Shown: piece after piece, positions 1-12,416 of the stretch
How the letters are laid out: every line of letters begins with the position of its first letter
Numbering within the stretch: position 1 is the first letter of the stretch
Source of the DNA: Podarcis pityusensis
Lineage: Eukaryota
Reading direction: 5' to 3' (one strand)
Assembly: GCA_964106645.2 (NCBI GenBank)
Contig: OZ067038.1
Length of the DNA: 64,000 bases
The notes under the pieces: generated by a model
What the model saw: the letters and a program-made list of their open reading frames with translations, nothing else
Databases searched by the model: none
Told to the model about the DNA's origin: nothing
Translations under genes and position numbers: made by a program

Positions 1-1169
1 CTTTACCTCTGCATTTTAGACAGTATTGTAATTTGGCACTTGTCGTTATCACCTGTGACCACTTTCAGTTTACTGCTTAGAGTGCTGCTCCTGACTTTTT
101 CAGCTGGTCCAGTTGCTACTATAATTGCCTGATACTGACTCATTAATACCTGCTGGGAAGTGGCAGCAGGAATAGAGCACCATACATAGCCACCCTGTTC
201 AGGACAGAACAAGCACTATGATGGCAGCATGTGTGGATGCTTTTTAGCTTTAGAGCTTTTAGCTATTTTAAGGCTAGAAAAGGGGTAGAAAGGAAAGGGA
301 GAGTGAGTGTGTGTGAGCATCTCAAGTTGCACATTCAGCTTTTTCCCTGCTCCCATGGGAGAGGGCAACTTATAGTAGCAGCATTGGCGAAGAGAGGTGG
401 AGAAGGGCAAATGCAGCAGCAGGGAGTCTGTCACTGTTCCTGGAGTAGTTATTCATAATGCTGACTTTAGAGATGAAGGACAGGACTAAACTATACTACA
501 GTTCAATCAAGGAGGCTGTATAGCTCAGCCTTGCAGTAACTGGGAGGATGGTTTCATCAGAGGAAGGCCAAGGAAGCCAACTGTAAGGCAGACACAGTCA
601 AGAGCTGGTGTGAAGACATTGTTCTAGCAGATTTAGTGATGGCTGGGCACCTCATAATTAATTTTGATTTTCTGAACCACCTTGGAGCATGCTGGGACTC
701 TTTCTAAGCACTTTCCATAACAACTCCAAAGCAAAACTTTGAGAAACTTAGCTCAGCATCTAGCCAGCCCTCTATCCCACAACCTACCTTAGCGAAGAGG
801 GGTAACAGAGTTGCTGTGATGGCTTCTGCAGCTACAGAAGCCTCATTTCTTTGAAGGCATAGGCATTCCTGGATCCTTCTGAGTGTGCTCAAATGATCCA
901 TTCTGCTTGGGAACTCAGGAAATAGGTCCCAATGCCTCTCTGCTTAACACATTGGGTGATGATGGATTAGGAACTCATTTATCAGCTGCCTAGCAATAGT
1001 GGAACTCATTTGAGCACTGACCAGGGTCAGATGCAGCCAAGGAAGTAGTCGATTGGGAACCAGGCCTGACCTTCAGGAAGCATTTGAGCATAATGGCTCG
1101 ATTCCAAATTTTGGTGCCATTGCTGCTTTGGTTTGTTCTATACTTCCAGGAGACGTTTTATAATCAGTA

Positions 1170-1527
1170 AAAAGGTAAAGGTAAAGGGACCCCTGACCGT
1201 TAGGTCCAGTCGCGGATGACTCTGGGGTTGCGGCGCTCATCTCGCTTTATTGGCTGAGGGAGCCGGCGTACAGCTTCTGGGTCATGTGGCCAGCATGACT
1301 AAGCCGCTTCTGGCGAACCAGAGCAACGCACGGAAACGCCGTTTACCTTCCTTCCGGTGTGGTACCTGTTTATCTACTTGCACTTTGATGTGCTTTCGAA
1401 CTGCTAGGTTGGCAGGAGCAGGGTCCGAGCAACGGGAGCTCACCCCGTCGCGGGGATTCGAACCGCCGACCTTCTGATCGGCAAGTCCTAGGCTCTGTAG
1501 TTTAACCCACAGTGCCACCCACGTCCC
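1170..1527 (-). mobile_element. Full-length Sauria SINE (Squam1 type) with 14-bp target site duplication
   Basis: tRNA-like head with B box (GGTTCGAATCC on the minus strand); (ACCTTT)n tail; TTTTATAATCAGTA at both 1156-1169 and 1528-1541. Confidence 0.92.
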
Positions 1528-2384
1528 TTTTATAATCAGTACATTTAGGTAAACTATTTCATAGCACTAGGCTGTGGGAATTCTGCATACAGAAGGGTCT
1601 CAGTGCTGAAGACTTAGAAAATGGTGGTTTCATGACCTGATAATAGCTGGTGTGAGGTGTGGCATGTTCTTAATAGGACAACAGAGTGCCATATACAAAC
1701 AGAAACTTAATCAATAAAAAATGTTTCAAGCATGTTATACTCTGGTTCGTTATTTTCTGTTTAGTTTCTTGAATATTGTCAGTTGAAAGAAAATTGCTTG
1801 ACCACCTAGGGACTACCTTCTCCCATGTCAACTTTTCCCTATGATCAAGTGGAAAGATGTTGCTTCTCTCTATTTGTGCAGGGTGGAGAGACACAATTGA
1901 TGACATTCTTGCTACAATCTGTCATCCTTGCTTTTTTACCAACATAACTCCTGTCTCCCCATTTGTAGACTGAGAGTAGGTTACATTATTAGTATACTCT
2001 CCTCCGAGACTCCTAAGTGAAACATTAATGTCAGGGCTGTTGTATGGCAGTGCAGTCTTTCCAGATCAGCAGTACATGAGCAATATAATATGCAGACTGG
2101 ATTTTCTGAAGTCATCATTTTGATTTAAATATTCATACTTCAACAAAAGGGGAAAGCGGCTGCTGACTTATGAAAGTGGGTCAAGGTTTTGTTTGTTTTC
2201 AAATGGCCCTGTTTGGTCGTTTGTGATGCGTGACTGCTATTCCAGGCCTGGGAAATGGTTTGGCAGTATTTATATCTACTTGTGCCTATATTAACTTTAA
2301 GTCAATTTAAATATATATCTAATACTGAACTTCTTTGTAAGTGTGAAATAAGTTGCAAATACTGTTTTATCCATTCTTCTTAGA

Positions 2385-2468
2385 GGATGCGAGTTGTGTT
2401 AGTCTGTTCCAGGAAACAAAAACCAAAGAGTTTTGTGGCACTTTCAACAAATGCATTGTGGCATCAAG
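2385..2468 (-). mobile_element. Degenerate Penelope-like element terminal fragment
   Basis: gttgtgttagtctg...gagttttgtggcact resembles the reverse complement of the tails at 10.6, 21.6 and 41.4 kb. Confidence 0.4.
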
Positions 2469-3667
2469 TGGGCCAAAGGGGTCATAAGACTGTTGGTTGA
2501 TTTTGAATGAGAGGCAACACCAACCAATAATTTGCATCATATATGTGCAGAAAAGATACAGTGTTGGAAGTCACATTTCTTTGACAAAACAGGTAAAAAG
2601 AAAATTGCAAGTGTTTGCAGTTACTTTCATTAGGCACTTTGGATTTTCATTTACTAAATTCATTCATTTACTAAAAAAGCTGTATCCCACTGCTTCTGCT
2701 CCAAAGAGTGAGATTTCCAATGTTCCACCTAGCTTTTCTTTGTAGGATTGGTTTCAGTTTTTGCAAGCTGGTGACACTGACAAGGGGCATGTCAGAATGT
2801 GCTTTCAAAACCTCTGCATTTCATGGCTGATTAAAGCTAGCTTTGGGTTCTATTGAGCTTGCACTTTTTGGTACATACGAATCTACATTTGCTGAATACG
2901 TTTTCCATTAGTATACAGCAGGGATGAGGAACATCCAGCCCATGTGCAAAACTTACTAGTTTGGCCCACAATACAGTTTCCCTCAAATCATGCCCATCTG
3001 TCAAATATGGCCCATCACAGTTGGGAAGATAAGGAACTGACCCACCAGCCAGAAGAGGTTCCCTACCCTGGCATATAGGATGCTCTTTATATTTAAAAGT
3101 GTCTAATGTTTGTAATGATTTTAAAAACACAGTCACTTTGCAATATGATAGACACAGTACAAAAGGAAAAAGTGATGAGGGAAGAGAAAACAAGCAAATT
3201 CAGGTACTAATTCTTCATAAAAGCACAGAAATGTTATATACCAGATTGTCTGGAAACTTTCTTACAGCAGTTCAAGTAGTACTTTGTCTCCATTTATCTA
3301 TGACTATTAAGTAATTTGGTATACCTATTACTCATGTGGCTGCCTTTCTCCTGAGGCCATTATTGTAAAATTGCTGTCAAAACAAATTAAAGTAAAATAA
3401 CTTAAGCTCAAGGGGCCAAAGATTTTTCTTATTAGTAGAAATAGAGGTAGATATATTTCTTTCAAGTATGTATCATAGGTGTGGTTACTTGGAATGATGC
3501 TAGGTAGGAGGTCAGGGATTCCAAGATGGAGCATGTTGGGAGTTGAGTTGTTGAATCCCATGAATTGCCTAAGAACACCACACAGTGTTGAAGTGTTGAT
3601 GTACGTAGGTGGGTGTGGTCCCGCTTGGTAGCCTGACTGAGAAACCACTGAAAAGTCTCAAGTTTGT

Positions 3668-3677
3668 GTAGTAGTAA

Positions 3678-3708
<31 letters not shown>
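3668..3708. repeat. (TAG)n microsatellite
   Basis: direct. Confidence 0.95.
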
Positions 3709-6700
3709 TGGTATTAAAATTATCATTGATTTGTCATGATGATCTGCATCTGAATTCCAAATTCTTTGGAGGAATGCCACAGAAATGAGTTTTTAAGCTT
3801 CACATAAGATGGCATGGATTTTCCAATGCCTCCTGATGGGTTTTAGAAACTTTAGCAAGAAAAGGGAAAGCCACACATATTGCACCAAGTGACTAAAAGT
3901 GTCAGCTGGGAAGTTCCCAGTTCACTTACGCCTCAGCCACAGATTACTAAGGTCTCAACCTCAGGGCCTCACTAGCAATATGAGGATAACAATTTTAAAA
4001 ATTATATACCCTCTGTTTTGACAACAGGGTTTCAGAGGCCTGCAATACACAATAAGTAACACAGATATTGCAAAGTTTACAGCACAGACTAAAGCTAGGA
4101 TGGGTAACCTTTTTGGCTTGGCAGGCCAGTTTTTTTAATCTCTCCAGCACTGTGATCCAACCTTGATAGATGGGGTGGGACAAAATCATCTGACATCCTA
4201 GTGACACCCGGTGATCAATGCCTGTCAGGGTCCCTTATGCAAAGACTTCCCAAAGACTGAGTATAGGGCTGGTGAAGTGCTTTACGCAGTGGCTCCCAAG
4301 CACCTGACAACCAGTTTGTTCTTGGTTGCTTGGAAAATGCTGATAAATATAGCACTGCCTGCAGCTCCTTTACCTGCCTGCCCCACACCAGCTGTCTGAT
4401 GTGGGACAGGTGGGTTTGGCTTAGCCAAAATGACCTGGTGGGCCAAGCAGGGAGGTCTGGTGGGGCAGAAGGTCCACACTCCTGGGTCAAAGGAGCGAGA
4501 TAATTATTTTGCTAAAACAGCAAACTTTCTAAATTAGAATGAATACCATCTAGAATCTATTTGCAGCATATTTTATGGGGTTGGAGTACTTCACATAAAT
4601 TCTCAGCAATCATTGCAAAAGCTTCACACCACAGGCCTGCATTTCTTGTTCTGTAAGAAAAAGATGGGATGAAGGGCAATGTGTGATTTTTTTTTTTTTC
4701 CCAGTGAGAGAACAACATGGGGAAAGGGATTAAATTTTATTTCCTTGCCTGCCTTATCCTGTAGTTCTGATCGGGATTAGGAGCCCCATGGCTGATTTTT
4801 ATGAAGAAAACAAGAAAATCCCAAGTATGTAGTTCAGATATGTCTTGTTTAAAGTAACATGTAGTTTGAGCTTTTGTTACTGTTCTAAAAAGTTTCTGCT
4901 TTCAATAATTGACTGGTCTAGTGCCAACCCTGTACTGTACATGATTAATTTGGCGTGATCTATCTTTAGTGTGCCCATGCTGCTTTGCATTGTCTTTGCT
5001 ATTTTCTTATATAACTTTTTGTTCTAAGACTTCATCTGACACTTAAGTTAAATCTAACAGAGCCTGTAGTTACCTGGATAGAGTTTATTCTCTTCCTTGA
5101 ATATAGGTAAAACATTGGCTGTAATCCAGCCACTGGGTTCCTTACCCCCTCCAGAGTTAATTGACGTGTTACAAATTGTTTTTGGATCTGCTATTGCACA
5201 TGCAGGCTTCTTTTACTATTTTTGGATAGCGATTGCGCAGCACTTGAAATTTGAATACATTTGGAACTGTAAGCTTCTCAGAACCTGGTGGCGTTGTGTG
5301 TTTTATTTTATAACAGTGTTTTTCCCCACAAAAGTTCAGATTATCCTGTGGTAGCAATGTAAAATTTACCTGTTTGGATGAATGTTTCTAGTAGCTTGTG
5401 ATGAGATGGTGCCTTTAAATGGCAGGTGCAATTTTTAGTATAGCTTTCATTTTGTTTTTAAAAAATAAATCTCAGTTGCACTTTCAGAAATGAGACATAT
5501 TAAAAATCAAACTTGCAAAACCTGCTGCTTATCTGTTCATAGTCTCATCTTGACATCCTCATTTTCTTAGTTGAGATAAAACAAACACTAATGAATTGAA
5601 GCATATCCGTATGTGTATTTGCCATCATTTGTATTAAACTGTGGTCCCACTCACTAAAATAAACTCCTGGAAAATTATATTTGCTACGTAAGTAATTTTC
5701 AGTAAGGATAATATTGGAGTCTATTGAATGAAACTTACTGAGAATTTAAAATCCTTCCATGATGAAAGTTGTCATTAAAAACTGACACATATACAATACT
5801 TTGTTAGATTTGTTACTACACTAGGTTTGCTATGGCCAGAAAAAGGGGGGAAAATGAGGGGAAGCAACCATTACAGGAAGTGAAATTCTAGAACAGGCCG
5901 AGTAATGACATTTAATATGCAGCAAACAAGAAAATAAAATATGAGCCACTTTACTTATTAAGCATTTTCATGGAATGAATTATATGCTGAAACTACGAAA
6001 AAAGACAGGAATAATTCTTTAAAATGGATATTCTTTGAATGCTAATTATGGTAGGTGGTGTTTATTGCATTTCAACATACACAGGGCTGCAAGAACCAAT
6101 GCTTAATCAGAGTCTTTTAGTGATGAAAATATAAAATGACAAACGCTTCACACTTGGCTTCATTTTACTGTTTGCAAATTCTTACAAAATCAGTTCACCT
6201 CATTGGTTTGTGCTACTGTTAAATAAAGAACATGAATTTTAAAAGAAAATCCTGGTGTTTATGGTTTAAATGCTTTTCACATGATAGAAAATGAACAGTT
6301 GCTCAGGTGCCTTTAGAAAGGCGAGTTTCGTGGTTGGCTGTGTGTGAGTGCTGAATTATAATGCAGACTGCTTAATTCATAACTCATGATGCAATTTTGC
6401 AGGCCTGTAAATCTGTGTGTACACAAACAACACAAAGAGTGGCAGATTGGTATGGAATTTGATTTGAATAATCATAAAAACAAATGTAATTGTGCCTGTT
6501 GTGGATATCATATCTTTTATAACACAAGGAAAAAATATATACAGAAATCTCTATCATGTAAGAAATCAGAGAAAGCGTGAAAAGTGAAGTGGTGGGAGAC
6601 AGCTGCTACTGCTGCCTGGATTGGCAGCCTATTTATAATCATGAAGGCTGGTAGCTAAATTTCTGTGCTGTAACATTTTAGATAGAAATGACTGTATGTA

Positions 6701-6789
6701 CACCAGTATTCTAGTTTTGAAGGAAAAGATACACTTTAGCACCAAATATATTGCAATAAGAAAAGAAGTTTCTGAACTTAAGATGGAGG

Positions 6790-6863
6790 AATAGAACAGA
6801 ATCAAATTGTAGAGCTGGAAGGGGCCTTGAGGGTCATATAGTCCAACCCCCTGCAAGCAGGAA
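6790..6863 (-). mobile_element. CR1 LINE 3'-end fragment
   Basis: tagagctggaaggggccttgagggtcatatagtccaacccc matches the typical CR1 3' terminus in reverse; a smaller similar piece lies at ~48800. Confidence 0.65.
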
Positions 6864-7736
6864 GTATTTAATATGCTTTCCTTTTTTCAGGACTACGGCA
6901 TTTAATAGGGCTGCACATGTAAAGGCGTTGAACCATAAAATAATGTATGCCCTTGTTTGATATAAAGTGATTTTGATTGTGCATGAAAGACTGTCTGTTA
7001 TTCATGTTTTTCAAAATTGCCTTTTTCCGTTGTTGTTGTTTATAAATACCAAATTCTAAAAGCATGCAGAATTCTAAACACCAATTAGCATGCAACATAA
7101 TTTGAGGTAGTTAAGTTTCACTTCACAAGTAGAATTTGGGAAGACAGTTGGAACAGATAGTTGGCTGGGGGTCTCTCAAGAGTGTCCTGTTAGATATATA
7201 ATATGATATGGTCTCAGACATATTGGATTTTGGAACAGGAAGCGTTTTTCAGGTTTGGCTCTTTGCCATATGAGAATGGATCTGTAGAAGTAAAAAGAGA
7301 ATGTGTTCCACCTTACTGGCCTAACCTGCTCCTAACCTTCAGTTTTGCAGTAAAAATATTTTATTAACTAGCTAGAACATATTGTGTGCATAGAGAATAT
7401 GATATCCAAATTAGCTATTCACAAGTCGAGAGATGAAAGTGAAGTGCTAAATAGGAAGGAAAGGGCTTGTTGTGGTGGCTTATGAAGAATCTCAGCCAAG
7501 ATTGCACAATGGCATCTCATCTGTAGCTTTGATGCATAGCGTTGTTGGTTTGGAGCATTATAAAGTTTTCTGTTTCTTCTGTTTTCTTGTTGAAAAATCC
7601 AACTTGTGTTACACCAGTCTTACGTATTTGAAATCTGGTCAATGATCTTGTTTTGGAAAATGTATGAAAGAATGTTGTTAAATATATATAGTGTCTGGTG
7701 ACTAGAATTGCAGGTACAGTATTTAAACTGTTTATT

Positions 7737-7737
<1 letters not shown>

Positions 7738-7779
<42 letters not shown>

Positions 7780-7780
7780 T
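7738..7780. repeat. (TAT)n microsatellite
   Basis: direct. Confidence 0.95.
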
Positions 7781-8129
7781 GTTTCCATGCTCAACAATGT
7801 TGTTGTTGTTTGGTGTATGAAAGTGTTCACTCTACTTTGTTTTTGCATCCACCGTGCAAAAATGTTTCAAGGAACCGTTAGAACATTGCCCTTAGCTCAG
7901 TGTGTGGAAGGCTGGAGAGCTATGACCTGCTTTTCATTAATATTTGCCGCATCAAGTTTCCTTTTTGAGGTGGTGCCTGACCCTCTCTTCAGCAGATTCT
8001 AGCAGGCTAAAACATACCTTGAACAGAAGGTATCTTCTGATGACTCTTCCATTTCCAAACAATGTTTGGATGGCAGCTGGAAACCAGATTTTCTAGATTA
8101 CTAGATTACTGCCTTGACTGCTGCCACAG

Positions 8130-8242
8130 AGTATGTATGTATGTATGTATGTATGTACAGTATGTATGTACAGTATGTATGTATGTATGTATGTATGTAT
8201 GTATGTATTTAGTTAGTAGTTAGTTTAGTTTAGTTAGTTAGT
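8130..8242. repeat. (GTAT)n microsatellite followed by TTAG-like repeats
   Basis: direct. Confidence 0.9.
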
Positions 8243-9984
8243 ATACCTCCCTTTATCCATAGATCACAGGGCAGTTCACAACAAATTACAAAATGAGAAC
8301 TTGTGCCTGGTTTTCAGAGTCCATGCTAAAGAGGGTTTAGCATTAGATTCAGTAGTTCAAGAATTCTTTAGAGGAGGCATTAGCATGAATAAGCATTGGT
8401 GTTGCATTATAAAAACTTCAGTAATTCAAAAGTAATGTTGTGATCACTTTCCCACATTTTAAAAATCAATAATTCATACAAACTCCAAGTTGCACTTATA
8501 CACACATGGTCAGTTTCTTGGGATTTACCGAGGTAATTTATCATTGGCAGTTGCATTTTAGCCTTTCTGAGGGTAGTTATGCAGTACTTTCTTACTGCAT
8601 AACTACCCTAAGGTAGTTATGGGGTTTTTTACAGGGTGGGGTTTTTTTTAAAAAAAAAGAGTTGGGGAAGCCATATTCAAGTAACTATTCATTCACCTTA
8701 AAAAATAATACCCCGAGAAAGTCCCAAAGCTAGTATTTTAGAAGAAAGCTGTCCATTCATCAAATAGCAAGGCATTGTTGCAGATGAAGTGTCATGTCCT
8801 TGCTGATGTCTGCCACATTTTTAAAGGAGTTTTATACTTCAGTTGTAAAATGTGTGAGCAGCTTGACTTGGTACAAAAAATTAAGCAATTTTCAAAGGTC
8901 ACAAAACAAGGCAGTCATGGGGGAGGAGGAGGTACTGTTTACTTACTGGTGTCACAGGTACTCCCAGACAACTGCCTACATTTTTCTCACCATTGCTATG
9001 TTCTATCTAAATTGCACATTCAGTCTGAGCAGCTCCCCTCCCCATGGGTGTTTGGAATAAGATGTGCCTAGTATGCAGTAGTGGTGAGGCTGTGACAAAT
9101 CATGCCCCTGTTTTACTGCTGGCAGACTGTTAACACAAGATTTGCATGTCAGCATGTCTGCTATTCATATTGCCAATAAGTGTTTACTTACTTCAATGGC
9201 CACTTACTTGTTAAAAGCTGAATCTAAAATAAGTGGCCATTTATACTGGAGAGCGATTTAGTCAGTTCAGTACATGCTAAATCATTTCCTTTCTTCAATG
9301 GCAGGGATTACAATTCAGTTTGCTTTTTGAAATGCTGTATAAATTATAAGTGTTGCCTATTTTACATATTTACTTACCTGATTTAATCACACATGTTCTT
9401 GAATAACTAACAGCTGATTTGAATTTCCTGTAACTTATTTAGCTGAAATGACAAGCTTATCAAAAAGTGCATGCAAACAGACATCTCTGCTCCATAAGCC
9501 GTTTAAGTGATCTCTTTCTGTATTCAGCAAAGTTACAATAAAAATCTGTTCCTTGTCCCAACTTTTGCAGTTCCTAACTTTCAATGCACTCTGTATTTTA
9601 GAGAGCCTTCAGCAATGAAAATGTCCTATTCAAGTTTTAATCTCAGCCATTAAAGACATGCTGATTCTGCAAGGGAAACTTTAACTGTGCTACCACTCAG
9701 ACCCACTTAAGGTTACATCAACAGTTTTCTTTAAAGTAGGAAGTGATTTGTAACTAGGGAACTGTATAGAATAGAATTGAAGGAAAGCAGTTTTGTATTA
9801 TGAATGCTGAAGAAAGCATCAGTTGCTTGTGCATATTCCTAAAGTTGTTGCCTTTTGTCGCCTGGCTTCATGGGTTTTGTTCGAGAACTAGTTTAACGTA
9901 AGTTTTAGAACCATCACCCAACCCACTGAGATAAGAGAATGAGTCACACCAATGATATATAAAAAGTATAAATACAGATATTGC

Positions 9985-10190
9985 ATTTTTAACCTGTGCA
10001 TCTCCAAGATGCTCAGAACAGCTTGCAAGTTCTCACTTCACATTTTAGCCTAATAACCACCCTGGGAGATAGGTTAGGCCCAGAGAGTGGATGGTCCAAG
10101 GTCACACAGTGAGCTAAATGGCTGAGTGGGAATTTGAACCTGGATTTCCCCAGCCACAGTCCAACACTATTAACTGCTCCACTAGCCTGG
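9985..10190 (-). mobile_element. Old tRNA-derived MIR/Squam3-like SINE
   Basis: ccaaggtcacacagtgagc...gggaatttgaacctgg is the reversed B box and core. Confidence 0.7.
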
Positions 10191-10466
10191 CTTTCCTTGT
10201 TAGTTGCGGCTATACAGTATTTTCTAATGCATTTCTATTGACATTTTCTTATTTATACTTTACTCCTGCTTCTATTACAGTGTTGATTGTTGCAGTCCCT
10301 GACCCCTAATTTTATCTTGCCCAAGCATTGCACTTTTCTGCAGCTGACCTCTGTGCCACCTCCTAAAAACAGCTTGTGGCGATACAGGGAGAATGTTATG
10401 TACTGAAGTTCTCACCCTGGGCCAGCAGGGGGATACTGAATTGAAAGTGACATTCAGTGATTGGAT

Positions 10467-10642
10467 AAAAAAATTCCTTCCTGTAGCACCTTAAAGACCA
10501 ACTAAGTTAGTTCTTGGTATAAGCTTTCGTGTGCATGCACACTTCTTCAGATACACAGATGTATCTACAGGATACACAGGTGCTACAGGAAGGAATTTTT
10601 TTATTTCGACTATGGCAGACCAACACGGCTACCCATCTGTAA
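10467..10642. mobile_element. Penelope-like element fragment with inverted terminal segment
   Basis: 25-bp perfect inverted repeat (10467-10491 / 10578-10602); gtagcaccttaaagacc and cagaccaacacggctac motifs are shared with the 21.4 kb copy. Confidence 0.75.
10517..10554 (-). ncRNA. Minimal type I hammerhead ribozyme motif (Penelope-associated)
   Basis: Minus strand reads GUAU-CUGAAGA-A-GUGUGC-AU-GCACAC-GAAA-GC-UU-AUAC: CUGANGA and GAAA core boxes, stem II, palindromic AGCU stem III, stem I GUAU/AUAC. Confidence 0.7.
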
Positions 10643-12165
10643 GTGATTGGATAGTTTCAGAAAATGGTTACTGTTGCGTTCTAGTGGAGCTCTATGTAAG
10701 CAGGCTGGCTGAACCCTTCAGTTCAGTTCTGTTCTGGCCTGTGAATAAACAAGAGCTGTTTGAAGAATCGCTGTGTCGTCTAATATGTTTACCCACAACT
10801 TAACAGAGAACATGGCCTTGCGCCCCCTCTACTTTCTATTTCACTTTCTTCAAGTGGGGTACTGCAGTCATGAAAAAGATTGGGAATAGGCTTACAGACC
10901 TCACGTTTTTGTTCTTTTAGAGGCCAGTGATGTTGGTATTGGGGGAAGGAACACATCATTTGCCAGCCTCATGTGGTTCCTCTATAGATGTTTGTTGGAT
11001 CACTGTGGTGCGTGCTTGGTCATAGAGAAGCAGGTCCCATATTGCTTTATTAATGCTTGAATTAGAATGGGATCTGCCTGCATCGTGTATTTTCATGTCT
11101 TTTCAAAGGAGCTACATTAGGGTTGCAACTACCTGGAACTGCCACACCAAGTTGTGTTCATTTTTCCAAAACTCACCAGGGCAAACTTCTGGTTCTAACT
11201 TCTATACTAATGCCAACACACCCAGCTGCTTCTCTGTGGAGAGAGTGTAAACTGATAACTTGGGAAGGGGGGACCCTTTGTTCTTATTTCCAGCTCTTGA
11301 AACACCCATTAATTAGTCATTGGCATAAGTTTTGAGGTTGTTTGAGGTGGGTGTTGTTTGCTTGAGCCTGTGTTGACCTTCTGAATCTAAATATGTACCT
11401 TAATGCCAAGAGTTGCAAACCAAGGTAGCAGCAACCAACTCTTACCATTGTAAACATGCTGTTGCAGCCACATTAATAATTATTTTTATTACATTTTGAG
11501 GGTGAGCTATTATCAGGTCTAATAGTTTCTTTAGATACCTAGGTTGACATGGCAGCCAAGTGAATTTTATTTAGGGCAAAAACACAAAAATCTCTACAAA
11601 ATACGTCATGCAGCCAAATGTGTTAGTTATCAAACATTAAATGACACATAGTTTGTATGAACTGGCCTTTTGTGCCATTGCGTTGCTAAAAATACATTTC
11701 AAACTCCAAAATTGCTGCAAAACTCACTATATCTCAAAACTGAAACATATTCATCACTTTGTAGTCAGAAAAACATTGAAAGGTTTAGAACTATAGAAAT
11801 GGCACCTAGTGTTATCTTTTTAAAGTTATAAAACAATTCTTTATAAATTACTGTTGTTTTTATATCTGCTTTTTCATCAGCATGTTTAGTATTTCTAATG
11901 ATGTTGGTGTGTGTATGCTTCCACATGGGCTCACACACATAATTATGCACATCTTTCACATTTAAGTCTTCTGAACCTTAAGTATTTAATAAAATGTAAT
12001 TACTGATACAGCTGGGAGTTATTTAAACATGGTCAAATTTTAAAGGATGGTAGTTAAAACTAGCTTTAGTATGATCAGCTAAAGCTAAATGTTGTTTGAA
12101 AGGTGTAATGTGTGTGTTCATTTTTCTTTTCTCTCTCCATCCATAAATATACACAAGTGCACAGT

Positions 12166-12416
12166 CACCAGTGTGGTGTAGTGGTTAAGAGCGGTAGTCT
12201 CGTAATCTGGTGAACCAGGTTCGTGTCTCCGCTCCTCCACATGCAGCTGCTGTGTGACTTTGGGCCAGTCACACTTCTCTGAAGTCTCTCAGCCCCACTC
12301 ACCTCACAGAGTGTTTGTTGGGGGGGGGGGGAGGGAAAGGAGAATGTTAGCCGCTTTGAGACTCCTTAAAGGGAGTGAAAGGCGGGATATCAAATCCAAA
12401 CTCTTCTTCTTCTTCT
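12166..12416 (+). mobile_element. tRNA-derived Squam3-type SINE with (TCT)n tail
   Basis: A box TGGTGTAGTGG, B-box-like GGTTCGTGTCT, MIR-like core, ccgctttgagactcc...ggcgggatat 3' end, TCT repeats. Confidence 0.85.

Noticed and set aside
457-480. aatgctgacttt resembling the start of the upstream NADLKK exon
   Set aside because: No acceptor, and the frame diverges immediately; the true exon lies outside the window.
480-1130. Possible decayed DIRS gag-like remnant (…ASFL*RHRHSW…)
   Set aside because: Only a short, interrupted motif; not enough to call without a search.
12171-12240. tRNA-like sequence (also 1440-1527 and 31010-31080)
   Set aside because: These are SINE heads continuing into SINE bodies and tails, not complete cloverleaf tRNA genes.
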